Shown piece by piece: positions 36,633 to 46,206 of a stretch of 64,000 nucleotides of DNA. Under the pieces are notes generated by a model. It did not search any database. It was given only the letters and a program-made list of their open reading frames with translations, and was not told the origin of the DNA. Position numbers and translations under genes: made by a program. This DNA is from Bacteroidota bacterium (lineage in GTDB: Bacteria > Bacteroidota > Bacteroidia > Bacteroidales > FEN-979). Numbering within the stretch: the first letter of the stretch is position 1; the number at the start of each line of letters is the position of its first letter. Location of the stretch: positions 2,587 through 66,586 of the forward strand of contig JBAXRP010000001.1 of NCBI GenBank assembly GCA_037131145.1, given 5' to 3'.

Positions 36633-38693
36633 TTACCATATTTTCACTTTTAAACTATCCGGACGCCATAAGGCATCGCCTTGCTTAACTCCAAAAGCAG
36701 TATAAAATTCGGGCATATTAGCCAGCGGGCCTACAACGCGGAATCGGGCTGGCGAATGGACATCACTGCGAACCTGATTGGCGATTGCTTCCGGACGGGA
36801 ATTGATCATCCAGGCGAGGGCATATCCAAGAAAAAACCGTTGGTCGGGCGTTAACCCGGCAATGACTTCGTTTTTTTTATATTGAGCTGTCTTTTTAAAC
36901 GCTTCATAACCCATCACTATTCCGGCAAGATCGGCAATGTTTTCTCCCTGTGTCATATCGCCGTTTATGTGAAGACTGTCAACTGCCACGTAATCGTCAA
37001 ATTGATCAACAATCAATTTGGTTTTTGAATAAAACCTTATGCTGTCCTCAACTGTCCACCAGTTGTGCAGATTGCCGTTTTCATCGTATTTGCTCCCTTG
37101 ATCATCAAAACCATGCGTGATTTCATGACCGAAGGTTGATCCTCCGATGATGGAATAAAGCAGTGCGTCATCAGCCAGTTTACGCTCATAACCCGGAACC
37201 AGAATGTTGCATCCGGGCACAACAATTTCATTGTTTGAAGGACTGTAATAAGCGTTGTAATTCTGCGGTTGCATATTCCATTCAGTGCGATCAACGGGTT
37301 TGCCGTATTTGGAAGTTTGATAACCGAACCACCACTTATTGCTGTTCATGACATTGCGTAGGTAAGAAGACCTATCGATCGTAAGGTTACTCATATCCTT
37401 CCATTTATCGGGATAACCAACCTTGAAGATCACCGAATTGAGTTTAGCAAGAGCTTTTACCTTTGTTGTTTCGCTCATCCAGTCAAGTGATTTAATTCGT
37501 TCGGCATACACAACCTTTATAGCATTACCGATTTCCTGAAGTTTTTCTTTGGCGCCTTTCGGGAGGTATTCGTTCACGTAAATCTGTCCGATCAGTTCAC
37601 CCAAAGAACCATCGGTAGCCCCAACAACTCTTTTCCACCGGGGTTTGGGTTCCTTTACACCGCGGAGTGTAGTTGAATAAAAACTGAATGATTCCTTGTA
37701 CGTATTGTCATCAAGGGAACGGGCAAGTTCATTGATCAGATGATATTTCAGATAAAATTTCCAGTCTTCGGGCGGAAATGATTTAAGGAAACCGTTCACC
37801 GCGGAAATAAATTCCGGTTGCCCCACAATCACAGAATCCACCTTTTGCACTCCTACATTTTGAAAAAAGAGAGACCAATCAATGTTTGGCGAAATGGCAA
37901 TCAAATGGTCCAGCGGAAATTTGTTATAATTCTTCAAAGGGTCGCGTGTTTCCTCAAGTTTGCGCGACTTTGAAGCAATGGCTGTTTCAAGTTTCATCAC
38001 CCGGTCGGCTGCAAATTTGGCTACTTCATTGTTGTAACCCATAATCCTGAACATATTAAAAAGATGTTCAACAAATTTTCCGCGGATCATAACTGCGCGA
38101 GAATCCATATCAAAATAAAAGCTTCGGTCGGGAAGGCTTAACCCGTCCTGACTAATATATACAGCATTTTTGCTGCTGATTTTGTCATCCTGCCCAACAT
38201 AAAACCCAAATATCGGCGAACCTGAAACCGTATGAATATAGGCTGCCTCGCTAATAACACCTTTCATATCCGAAATGCGGTCAATCCTGTCAAAGTCGGG
38301 TTTGAGACCAGTTATCCCGCTTTTATTCCGGGAAACACTGTCCATGCCGGAAAAAAAGAAATCTCCGATCTTTTGTCTGGCGGTTCCTGCCGGGGCATTA
38401 TTTATTGTTGCTGAAGATTCACAGATATTCCGAATCTGACTGTTGATAGTATCTTGTATCAATTGCCAGAGCCCGTTGCTTTGCTCGGTTGCAGGGATCG
38501 GGTTTTCTTTGAACCATTTCCCATTTGCAAACAGGAAAAAGTCATCCCCGGCTTTTAGTGTGGAATCAATGTGTGATACCAAGGCGTCACGACCTTGTTC
38601 AGCGCTTTTTCCAACTCCGTTATTACAGGAAACAATAGCAGAAAGAATAATGATCCATAAAAGATGATGAAGTTTGTTGTTCATAAGAAGCAT
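36633..38693 (-). CDS. pepO: M13-family zinc metallopeptidase (PepO / endothelin-converting-enzyme-like)
   Basis: 686 aa with a signal leader, the HEITHGFDD zinc motif and a downstream ENIADLGG-like motif (GENIADLAG). Confidence 0.9.
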   Translation of the reverse strand: MLLMNNKLHHLLWIIILSAIVSCNNGVGKSAEQGRDALVSHIDSTLKAGDDFFLFANGKWFKENPIPATEQSNGLWQLIQDTINSQIRNICESSATINNAPAGTARQKIGDFFFSGMDSVSRNKSGITGLKPDFDRIDRISDMKGVISEAAYIHTVSGSPIFGFYVGQDDKISSKNAVYISQDGLSLPDRSFYFDMDSRAVMIRGKFVEHLFNMFRIMGYNNEVAKFAADRVMKLETAIASKSRKLEETRDPLKNYNKFPLDHLIAISPNIDWSLFFQNVGVQKVDSVIVGQPEFISAVNGFLKSFPPEDWKFYLKYHLINELARSLDDNTYKESFSFYSTTLRGVKEPKPRWKRVVGATDGSLGELIGQIYVNEYLPKGAKEKLQEIGNAIKVVYAERIKSLDWMSETTKVKALAKLNSVIFKVGYPDKWKDMSNLTIDRSSYLRNVMNSNKWWFGYQTSKYGKPVDRTEWNMQPQNYNAYYSPSNNEIVVPGCNILVPGYERKLADDALLYSIIGGSTFGHEITHGFDDQGSKYDENGNLHNWWTVEDSIRFYSKTKLIVDQFDDYVAVDSLHINGDMTQGENIADLAGIVMGYEAFKKTAQYKKNEVIAGLTPDQRFFLGYALAWMINSRPEAIANQVRSDVHSPARFRVVGPLANMPEFYTAFGVKQGDALWRPDSLKVKIW

Positions 38694-38833
38694 GATTATG
38701 TGTGAATAATTTCACTACAAAGATAAAGGTGATTTACAGACATATTATAACCGAGGCGTTGCATAATTTTTTTGATTACTTTCGTTTTTTCCTGGCGACA
38801 ACGATAAAAACTGGAGTAAATTCGGGTGTACGC

Positions 38834-38870
38834 TAAACAAAACAGGCTATAAACAATTAGTTTACAGCCT
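38834..38870 (-). terminator. rho-independent terminator after tRNA-Ala
   Basis: On the minus strand, CAGGCTGTAAAC...GTTTATAGCCTG (11/12) is followed by TTTTGTTT. Confidence 0.6.
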
Positions 38871-38884
38871 GATATGATTTGAAG

Positions 38885-38961
38885 TGGTGGAGAATAGGGG
38901 AGTCGAACCCCTGACCTTTAGACTGCCAGTCTAACGCTCTAGCCAACTGAGCTAATCCCCC
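38885..38961 (-). tRNA. tRNA-Ala (anticodon GGC), 3' CCA encoded
   Basis: Hand-folded. GGGGGAT acceptor with the G3:U70 pair, TAGCTCAGTTGG D-arm, anticodon loop CTGGCAG, T-loop TTCGACT, and terminal ACCA. Confidence 0.9.
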
Positions 38962-38994
38962 CAAAGCGGTTGCAAAAATAATACCTTTTTTCTT

Positions 38995-39564
38995 ATGAAA
39001 CGTCTTTTTGCTGCTTTAAAATTTAATCCTGACGCCGAATTTCTTTCGAGCTATCAGCGCTTGCAATCTGCCATGAAAGATCAGCAAATCAAATGGGTTG
39101 AAGAGCAAAACATTCATATTACCATCAAATTTTTTGGTGAAACAGAAGAACAGAAAATTCCTGCGATATCCTCAGCGATGCGAAAACGGGCTTCCATAAC
39201 CAGTACTTTTGTTTTTGGACTTTCGCAACTTGGTATTTTTGGCAGCAGCTATGCGCCAAAAGTAATCTGGGTTGGAATAGAACCTTATTTCGATCTTTTA
39301 ACCCTTATGAAAAATATTCAGGAAGATTTGAAACCGGCAGGATTTGAGCCTGATCGCCAGAATCTGATTCCTCATCTGACCCTCGGCAGAATCAGAGAGT
39401 TGAAAGATAAGGTTCTTTTTGATCGTACAATCGGGCAGTTTCGGAATATTGTTTCCGATTCGATGCAAATTGGAGAAATCATTCTTTATGAAAGCATTCT
39501 GCTCCGTGAAGGTCCGAAATATTTCATATTGGATAAATACCCTTTTCTGCTGCAAACAGTGTAA
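38995..39564 (+). CDS. thpR: RNA 2',3'-cyclic phosphodiesterase (2H family, ThpR/LigT)
   Basis: 189 aa with two HxT motifs (NIHITIKF and IPHLTLGR). Confidence 0.85.
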   Translation: MKRLFAALKFNPDAEFLSSYQRLQSAMKDQQIKWVEEQNIHITIKFFGETEEQKIPAISSAMRKRASITSTFVFGLSQLGIFGSSYAPKVIWVGIEPYFDLLTLMKNIQEDLKPAGFEPDRQNLIPHLTLGRIRELKDKVLFDRTIGQFRNIVSDSMQIGEIILYESILLREGPKYFILDKYPFLLQTV

Positions 39565-39582
39565 ATTGCGACATTCTGATCG

Positions 39583-39721
39583 CAAATTCCAAGACCCAAA
39601 TTCCAAGCCTCAAATTCCAAAGCTCAAATTCATAATTCATGCTTTCAAACCTTTTAAAACCATGCCTGACTCCCGGTGAACCCTTGGAATTTGGATCCTG
39701 GAATTTGTGGCTTGGAATTTT
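39583..39721. repeat. iterated inverted repeat: 3-4 direct copies of CAAATTCCAAG (14-bp period) facing 3 inverted copies CTTGGAATTTG
   Basis: Direct copies start at 39583, 39597 and 39611, with a degenerate fourth near 39625. Inverted copies are at 39683, 39697 and 39711. The units are complementary but the 3-nt spacers are not. Confidence 0.75.
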
Positions 39722-39757
39722 TTGATGCGCTGTTGTATCCAGGTTTTATTATAAAGC

Positions 39758-39803
39758 AAACTCCCCTGACGAATTGAACTTCATCAGGGGAGTTTATTAT
39801 TTT
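39758..39803. terminator. strong hairpin between convergent genes (probable terminator)
   Basis: A perfect 12-bp stem: aaactcccctga (39758-39769) pairs with tcaggggagttt (39784-39795). A T-rich tail follows on the plus strand. Confidence 0.6.
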
Positions 39804-39838
39804 CTCCACCCCACAAAAAGCGGGGAGAGGCATTTACG

Positions 39839-40156
39839 TTATCCTTCGAATTTTTTGGCAATCAGGTGATAAATAACCAAGCCAATCCCTCCGAAAAGCA
39901 ACACCATGGAGAATATTGCAAGCTCTTCATCGAGGTATGTGTTCATTGAAAGAATCTTACCTAAAAGAATCCCGATTCCGAGTCCTACCAGCACAAGCCC
40001 CAATTTTAATGAAGATGGCTGTTTTGAGGAATCAAAGATTGTTGCATTGGCGCCTTTCTGAATCAGCGTAAGGCGTTCCTTTAATCGTACCAACAGATAA
40101 ACGATGCCATAAAACATGGCAAAGAACGCGATCAGGATCAAAATTTCAATTTTCAT
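39839..40156 (-). CDS. small membrane protein (3 TM helices)
   Basis: 105 aa with hydrophobic helices at the N-terminus, middle and C-terminus. Confidence 0.6.
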   Translation of the reverse strand: MKIEILILIAFFAMFYGIVYLLVRLKERLTLIQKGANATIFDSSKQPSSLKLGLVLVGLGIGILLGKILSMNTYLDEELAIFSMVLLFGGIGLVIYHLIAKKFEG

Positions 40157-40239
40157 TTCCGTTTATTATATATTGTTTCCGTTTCTGATCCTTTTGACGC
40201 TGATTCAAAGCATTGGTTACATTCTTTCATTAACGGCGT

Positions 40240-43227
40240 TTATTGAACAACAACCTTTTCGCTGTAAGACCGGTCGTTAGCAGATAACCGGATAAAATAA
40301 ATACCTTTTGAGAATCCCGACATATCAAGTTTCTTCCTGAATTCACTTCCGGAAACATTCAGTTTTTCTGATAAAAGAACTTTCCCGTTCAGGTCGGTAA
40401 TAGTTAAATCGAGTGATTTTTCCTTACCGGCGATATTGATAGTCAGCTCTTCTTTTACCGGGTTAGGATAGATTTTTACAACCGATTCCAGATCTTTCTG
40501 TCCAATCCCTCCACAGTTATGAACTGATAGCGCTTTGGCAGATTCTGTACCAGAGCCACAATCATTAGTTCCTTTTATAGCGATATTTCCTGATTGCGCA
40601 GTACCGCTTATTGATAAGGTAACCACATTCGTTCCTTGTCCGGCAGTTATGGTAACACCCTGAGGAAGCGTCCATTCGTATCCGGTAGCGCCTGTAATGA
40701 CTGGAATGCTGAAAACATAGTTTCCTTCTCCCTGGCAAACAGTATCCTGACCCGCTATGACGCCAGCCGGTTCCGGGATTGTATTTACGGCAACCTGTTT
40801 TGAAACAGCCGGTCCGGTTCCGCAATCATTTGTAAGGAAAACTGCAACATCTCCAGCAATTATACCCCAGAGAACATTGATTGTTTCGGTTCCCTGACCA
40901 CTTTGGATAGTAGCGTCGGCGGGAACCGACCAATTGAATGTAACGCTTCCACCAGTATAGGATGTTGAGTAAGTACCTTGTGTGTTTGTGCAAAGAATAT
41001 CGGGACCACTTACCGCTGCCGGACTTACAGGAGGTATATTAACCAAAACCGGAAGAATGGAGGCGATTGGATTTGGGCCACAATCATTACTTACAGTAAC
41101 CTGAAGATCGCCGGAGGCGTTTCCCCATTTAACTGTAATTGCCGGAGTATTCTGACCTTGCAGAATCGTAGCCTCGGCAGGAACAATCCATGAGTAACTG
41201 ATTCCGCCAACCACTTCAACGACAGAATACTCAGCGGTATCTCCATTGCAAACGCTCTGCAATCCGGCAATTGGACCTGGCGCTTCCGGGGCGTGGTTTA
41301 CAGTTATCAGAACACTATCTGTAGCGGTATTGGAAGCATTATCGGAAACTGTGATGTGGTACATTGTGGTTGCAGTAGGAGTTGCAAAGGTTGTTGCGTT
41401 GTTTGGGTTTACAATGCCTGTAGTTGGCGTCCATGAAAATGTAAACGGAGGAGTTCCACCAAGAATGTTTACGCTTAATTCTGTCATCAAACCCTGACAG
41501 ATGGTTGTGGGGTTTGCGCTTGCTGTTGCTACGAATACGTTTCCCTGAAGCACCTTGATGGTCGCTGTGCGTTTATGCGCAGGTGTGCCATTGGGGCCGG
41601 TTGCAAAAAATGTAGCCATATAAGTTCCTATTGGAACATCGCCACTGAGCGATAATTTTACCGGTAAGGAAGCTGGATAACTGGTTATTGTGGTTCCGGA
41701 AGGAAATTCAAATGTAATAGAACCAGCGGTAGGCACAGGAGAAATTGATCCGGATAAAATAACAGAATCGGTATATAGTTTTACGGCAGGAATAGATACC
41801 TGGAATGTTGTATTATCAAATGGAGCATAAAGCGTATCCGATGCTTTATCAATAGCCATGGCATAGTCGGGAAAATATCCGGTCATACTCTGGAAGGTTC
41901 CTGCGCGAAAATCTGTCCAACCCAGCATGGAAACTTTTTTATTTGAAACCACCCCATTGTAGTCGCCTTCATAAGCCGGGGTTCCACCGCCGCCGCAGGT
42001 AGTACAGTTAATTTTCATCTTTTTATTGGAGATACGCTGATTTGCCACCCACGTCGCTCCACCGTCTGTTGAATAGGAAGCATAGATAAAAGCGCTGTCG
42101 TTTGTAGGCGTATCACGGGTATCCATCCACATGGCATACAATTTTCCGGTCTCCTTATCACACCAGATAGCGGGATGCCATTGCTGAAAGTTCTGGGTAT
42201 TTGGATCGTCGTTAATGCGAACGGATGAGCTCCAGGTAGCGCCGCCGTCGGATGAACTGCGACACCAAACATCGGACTTGGCGTTGGCGCCTGGAGGATC
42301 GTTGGAGGCGTAAACACAATAAAGTTTTCCGCGGTTGGCGCCATAACTGTTATCGGCGGCAATCATAGGATAAGGACGGGTACGCATGTTTGACACCGAA
42401 TTTCTGCCACCCACCTGCGATCCCACTGTATTTGACCATTGCTGAGAAGACTTTTGTACAAAAGTGGACCCGCCATTTGTTGAAAGATAAAATGTATAAA
42501 CTGAACTGAATGAACTGCCACTATTGGTTACCACATAAACAGAGCCTCCCTGAATATTACTTTGAGGACCAACGCACACCATCATACCGGGAAGCGACTG
42601 TGTAGTTGGCGCAAAAGTTGAAGTAAATGTTGCTCCGTTATCAATGCTTCTGGCAAAATTTCCAACGCCGTTGTTGGTCATTGTTGTATAAACATAATTG
42701 GCATAAGGACCTGAGGTTTGGTCGCAGGCAAGCCAGTTTTTATCATTTCCGGCAATTGCAGTAACCGACGTACCCCATGTTGCGCCGTTTGTAGTAGATT
42801 TTATTACTTTACAACCGGATATGCTTCCATACATGTTTTCATAAAAAAGATTTCCTATACTATCATAACCTACAACCGGGTCTCCCGCCATTGTAGCTCC
42901 GAAATTCGGATTGTTCTTCGCCCAGTCAATGCCATTTTCGGTATGATGAGTTTCATTGGTGTTGTATGCGGTAAAAAACCATGTAGGATGATTGGGATCT
43001 GTTGCCATGTTGTTTTCTGCAAAATCAACCCCAAGACTGTAATTATCCCAGTTATCAATAGTAACCACAGCCGAATTTGCAGTTGTTCCATCGCTTGTTG
43101 CCGAGCCTCTCTCGCGAAGGTACTGAGGAATTTGATCAAGATTGGGATTATCCCGCTTGAACTGTGCAAAACTCTGGTTTGCAAACAATAGGACAAAGAG
43201 CAAACCCACCAAAGTAAAGATTTTCAT
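40240..43227 (-). CDS. secreted BNR/Asp-box (sialidase-like beta-propeller) protein with repeated Ig/PKD-like modules and a T9SS C-terminal sorting domain
   Basis: 995 aa with a signal peptide and Asp-box repeats (STTNGATWG, SIDNGATF, STNGGSTF, SSDGGATWS, STDGGATWV). Four Cys-containing Ig-like repeats follow. The C-terminus reads KIYPNPVKEELTI...GIYFIRL. Confidence 0.8.
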   Translation of the reverse strand: MKIFTLVGLLFVLLFANQSFAQFKRDNPNLDQIPQYLRERGSATSDGTTANSAVVTIDNWDNYSLGVDFAENNMATDPNHPTWFFTAYNTNETHHTENGIDWAKNNPNFGATMAGDPVVGYDSIGNLFYENMYGSISGCKVIKSTTNGATWGTSVTAIAGNDKNWLACDQTSGPYANYVYTTMTNNGVGNFARSIDNGATFTSTFAPTTQSLPGMMVCVGPQSNIQGGSVYVVTNSGSSFSSVYTFYLSTNGGSTFVQKSSQQWSNTVGSQVGGRNSVSNMRTRPYPMIAADNSYGANRGKLYCVYASNDPPGANAKSDVWCRSSSDGGATWSSSVRINDDPNTQNFQQWHPAIWCDKETGKLYAMWMDTRDTPTNDSAFIYASYSTDGGATWVANQRISNKKMKINCTTCGGGGTPAYEGDYNGVVSNKKVSMLGWTDFRAGTFQSMTGYFPDYAMAIDKASDTLYAPFDNTTFQVSIPAVKLYTDSVILSGSISPVPTAGSITFEFPSGTTITSYPASLPVKLSLSGDVPIGTYMATFFATGPNGTPAHKRTATIKVLQGNVFVATASANPTTICQGLMTELSVNILGGTPPFTFSWTPTTGIVNPNNATTFATPTATTMYHITVSDNASNTATDSVLITVNHAPEAPGPIAGLQSVCNGDTAEYSVVEVVGGISYSWIVPAEATILQGQNTPAITVKWGNASGDLQVTVSNDCGPNPIASILPVLVNIPPVSPAAVSGPDILCTNTQGTYSTSYTGGSVTFNWSVPADATIQSGQGTETINVLWGIIAGDVAVFLTNDCGTGPAVSKQVAVNTIPEPAGVIAGQDTVCQGEGNYVFSIPVITGATGYEWTLPQGVTITAGQGTNVVTLSISGTAQSGNIAIKGTNDCGSGTESAKALSVHNCGGIGQKDLESVVKIYPNPVKEELTINIAGKEKSLDLTITDLNGKVLLSEKLNVSGSEFRKKLDMSGFSKGIYFIRLSANDRSYSEKVVVQ

Positions 43228-43379
43228 AAAATTTTGATTTTTAGTTTATAGATAAATTTTCTACCTACAAACTTACAAAAAACTTATTTATCAGCAACTT
43301 AATAACAAATAAATAAATGATGTTATCTTTGTGCTTCACGGTGTAACCTTTGTGCAACCCTGCCGTCAAAAAGTTCCGG

Positions 43380-43946
43380 ATGAAATACCTCGACGACAAC
43401 TATTACATTGATCGCGTACTCAGCGGCGATGTTAGCGCTTATGCACAACTGGTTGCCAAACACAAAAACCTGGTTTTTTCTATTGCTTTAAAAATACTGA
43501 ATAATCGGGAGGATGCCGAAGAGATTGCCCAGGATTGTTTTCTCAAAGTATTTCATTCGTTGAAAACATTTGAAAGAAAATCGAAATTTTCGACATGGTT
43601 ATACAGGATAGTTTACAACGCTGCAATTTCAAAAACCCGGAAAAAGAAACCCGATCTTGTTCCAATGGATGATTATGTAATCCATAACTATAGTGAAGAG
43701 AATGTTTCAGAAGGAATCTATGACATTGATCCCGATATTCAGAAAGCATTGATCGAAAAGGCAATGACGAAACTAAGCGATGACGAAAACCTCTTAATAA
43801 CACTATTTTACCACGGAGAAAACTCAATTGAAGATATCAGCGCTATCACAGGCCTTACCATGTCGAATGTGAAAGTGAGGCTACACAGAATACGAAAAAA
43901 ACTGCATGACGACCTCTCTGTGACGATGAAACAGGCGTTGGCATGA
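43380..43946 (+). CDS. ECF-type RNA polymerase sigma-70 family factor
   Basis: Region 2 (EDAEEIAQDCFLKVF, FSTWLYRIVYN) and a region 4 HTH (IEDISAITGLTMSNVKVRLHRIRKKL). The start is ambiguous (TTG 43350 or ATG 43380). A TATCTTTG -7 box sits at 43324-43331. Confidence 0.85.
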   Translation: MKYLDDNYYIDRVLSGDVSAYAQLVAKHKNLVFSIALKILNNREDAEEIAQDCFLKVFHSLKTFERKSKFSTWLYRIVYNAAISKTRKKKPDLVPMDDYVIHNYSEENVSEGIYDIDPDIQKALIEKAMTKLSDDENLLITLFYHGENSIEDISAITGLTMSNVKVRLHRIRKKLHDDLSVTMKQALA

Positions 43947-43971
43947 TTAAACTTTATAATATTGTACTACT

Positions 43972-44385
43972 ATGGAAAAAGAAGAAATAGAAAACGATGA
44001 TTATTTAAGCAGGTTGATATGGCAAATTCCGCTTGAAAGTCCTTCCGATGATTTTGTGGATCATGTAATTGCGGCAATTCAGGCGGAATCTGTGGTTGTT
44101 ACCGGGAAAAAATCCTTCTTTCCGGCTTTCAACTCAGTACTGCCCTACTTAGCGGTAATATTGTTTAGCATTTTGATTTTTGCTACTTCCGATCTGCCTT
44201 TCCTTAGCAGAATTCCTGCAAAAGGATACTTTATGAATGATATTCTTCCCTCCTTTGGCGCTCTTATCGCCGGTATGAAGGCTGCTTTTACTTCGAAATA
44301 TGTTACCTGGGGGTTGCTTGTTGGTTTAGCCGGTGGATTGCTTTTTTTTGTTGACCGTTTTCTCAGCAGGCGCAGCGCCATTTAA
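43972..44385 (+). CDS. membrane protein, possible anti-sigma factor partner
   Basis: 137 aa with a cytoplasmic N-terminus followed by 3 TM helices. It lies 25 nt downstream of the sigma factor gene. The function is inferred from position only. Confidence 0.5.
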   Translation: MEKEEIENDDYLSRLIWQIPLESPSDDFVDHVIAAIQAESVVVTGKKSFFPAFNSVLPYLAVILFSILIFATSDLPFLSRIPAKGYFMNDILPSFGALIAGMKAAFTSKYVTWGLLVGLAGGLLFFVDRFLSRRSAI

Positions 44386-45758
44386 ATATGGGTTTCTTTC
44401 CACTGTTCCTTAAAACTTTTTTGCGCTATTCTCGGTAAGGAACGACGATTTCCCCACATTTTTTTTCCAAACCTGCTAATCATTTTGTTTTTCAGACCCG
44501 ACTTTGGTTTATCAATCATCCATCGGTGAAGCATAACCGTTTTCCATCCGCTGACGATGACGCGCCAGGTAAACGAAACGTATTTCTTAACAACGGCTTC
44601 ATGCCTGTTGTGAAGCAGCAACTCATGAAGCGGTATTTTTACAGGGCATACTTCAGTGCATTTTCCGCAAAGCGAGGAGGCAAAACTCAGGTGATTATAC
44701 TCCTTCATTCCGAGGTAATGAGGCGATATAACGGAACCAATAGGACCGGAATATGTTGCATTATAGGTATATCCTCCAACGCTTTTATAAATAGGACAAC
44801 CGTTCAAACAGGCCCCGCAACGTATGCAGGAAAGGGCTCGGCGCTGTTCCCTGAATTTCAGCAGCTCGGTGCGACGATTATCCAGCAGTATTACATACAT
44901 CTCCTCCGGTCCATCAGGTTCAAACTCAGTTCCTGGTCCAAATACAATATTATTATAAACCGTGATATGCTGACCGGTGCCATGCTGTGCAAGTAACGGA
45001 AGAAATAAATCGAGATCTTCAAGCGAAGGTATCAGCTTTTCAATACCTACAATGACGATATGAATTTTTGGAAAAGCTATTGTGAGTAAACCATTTCCTT
45101 CATTCTCTGTTAGTGAAACAGCTCCAACATCGGCAATGAGAAAATTCCCGCCAGTAATTCCAACATCGGCTCTCAAAAACTCACCACGAAGTTTTTCACG
45201 TACAAATTGTGTGATCTGTTCAGGTTTGCTATGAGGTGGCAGATTAAATTTTTCATGAAACAACTGCGCTACATCTTCTTTTGATTTATGCATTGCAGGC
45301 GTCAGAATGTGGTATGGCTTTTCACCGGCAATCTGAACTATGTATTCTCCGAGGTCAGTTTCAAATACTTCCCGCTTATTTTTTTCCAGCGCTTCGTTCA
45401 ACTCCAATTCCTCAGAAACCATGGTCTTTTGCTTTACGATTACCTGTGACCTTGACTTTTTTATAATATGGAGAATTTCACGTACCGCATCCTTCTCATT
45501 CGAAGCCCACAGTACCTTACCACCTCTTTTACTGAAATTATTCTCAAATTCAACAAGATACTTATCGAGGTTGTTGCTTATTTTATGTTTGATATTGGCT
45601 GCGCGCCGTTTTGCCAGTTCCAGGTTTTTATATTGTCTTTCCCCCTTTTCAACCTGCTCATTGTACCTGCCAATATTATGATTAAGACGCTTACGATGCT
45701 CTTTATCGAATGATTTGAGTTCTGCGTCTTCCAGAAATTTATGATATATATGACTCAT
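44382..45758 (-). CDS. lutB: LutB/LldF-family iron-sulfur protein (LUD domain plus 4Fe-4S dicluster)
   Basis: Motifs CIRCGACLNGCP and CGKCTEVCP plus an LUD-type N-terminal region. I chose the start at Met26 (ATG 45758, MSHIYHKF), which removes the overlap with rpiB. Confidence 0.8.
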   Translation of the reverse strand: MSHIYHKFLEDAELKSFDKEHRKRLNHNIGRYNEQVEKGERQYKNLELAKRRAANIKHKISNNLDKYLVEFENNFSKRGGKVLWASNEKDAVREILHIIKKSRSQVIVKQKTMVSEELELNEALEKNKREVFETDLGEYIVQIAGEKPYHILTPAMHKSKEDVAQLFHEKFNLPPHSKPEQITQFVREKLRGEFLRADVGITGGNFLIADVGAVSLTENEGNGLLTIAFPKIHIVIVGIEKLIPSLEDLDLFLPLLAQHGTGQHITVYNNIVFGPGTEFEPDGPEEMYVILLDNRRTELLKFREQRRALSCIRCGACLNGCPIYKSVGGYTYNATYSGPIGSVISPHYLGMKEYNHLSFASSLCGKCTEVCPVKIPLHELLLHNRHEAVVKKYVSFTWRVIVSGWKTVMLHRWMIDKPKSGLKNKMISRFGKKMWGNRRSLPRIAQKSFKEQWKETHI

Positions 45759-45768
45759 TCTGTTTACA

Positions 45769-46206
45769 TTATAATATATTTGAAATTTTTTCAACTCGAT
45801 TTTGATGCCTGCCACCCTCAAAATTTGTATCAAGGAAGATCAATGAAAATTTTACCGCCTCATCAAGGCTTATGAATCGGGCAGGTAATGCAATGATATT
45901 GGCGTTATTGTGCTTTCTCGCCAAACTGGTTATTTCATCATTCCAGCATAAGGCAGCTCTAATTCCTTTATATTTGTTGGCAGTTATGGCTACACCGTTG
46001 CCACTGCCACAAATCAGTATTCCAAACTTATAAATTCCTGATTGAACATCATTTGCCAGTGGATGAGCGGTATCGGGGTAATCCATTGATATTTCAGAAT
46101 ATGTTCCATAATCCTGAAAAACATAACCCTGAGCGCTCAGATTGCTTATTATATACTCTTTCATGGTAAAACCCGCATGATCACTTCCGATAGCAATTTT
46201 CATCAC
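45769..46206 (-). CDS. rpiB: ribose-5-phosphate isomerase B
   Basis: 145 aa with MKIAIGSDHAGF, ILICGSGNG and ARKHNNANI motifs. Confidence 0.9.
   Translation of the reverse strand: MMKIAIGSDHAGFTMKEYIISNLSAQGYVFQDYGTYSEISMDYPDTAHPLANDVQSGIYKFGILICGSGNGVAITANKYKGIRAALCWNDEITSLARKHNNANIIALPARFISLDEAVKFSLIFLDTNFEGGRHQNRVEKISNIL

Noticed and set aside
38701-38716. A CRP-like site, TGTGAATAATTTCACT (9/10 to TGTGA-N6-TCACA).
   Set aside because: It is a single imperfect copy only 8 nt upstream of the pepO-like start codon, too close to act as an activator site. It probably arose by chance in AT-rich sequence.
39583-39721. Possibility that the 14-bp-period repeats are a CRISPR array.
   Set aside because: The units are 11 bp with 3-bp spacers, arranged as two inverted blocks. 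There are no cas genes. This is not CRISPR architecture.
42718-43191. A 157-aa plus-strand ORF, plus several 60-115-aa ORFs inside 40240-43227.
   Set aside because: They are antisense to or out of frame with the 995-aa BNR/T9SS protein gene. Cys/Arg-rich compositions are typical of antisense translation of Gly/Thr/Ala-rich genes.
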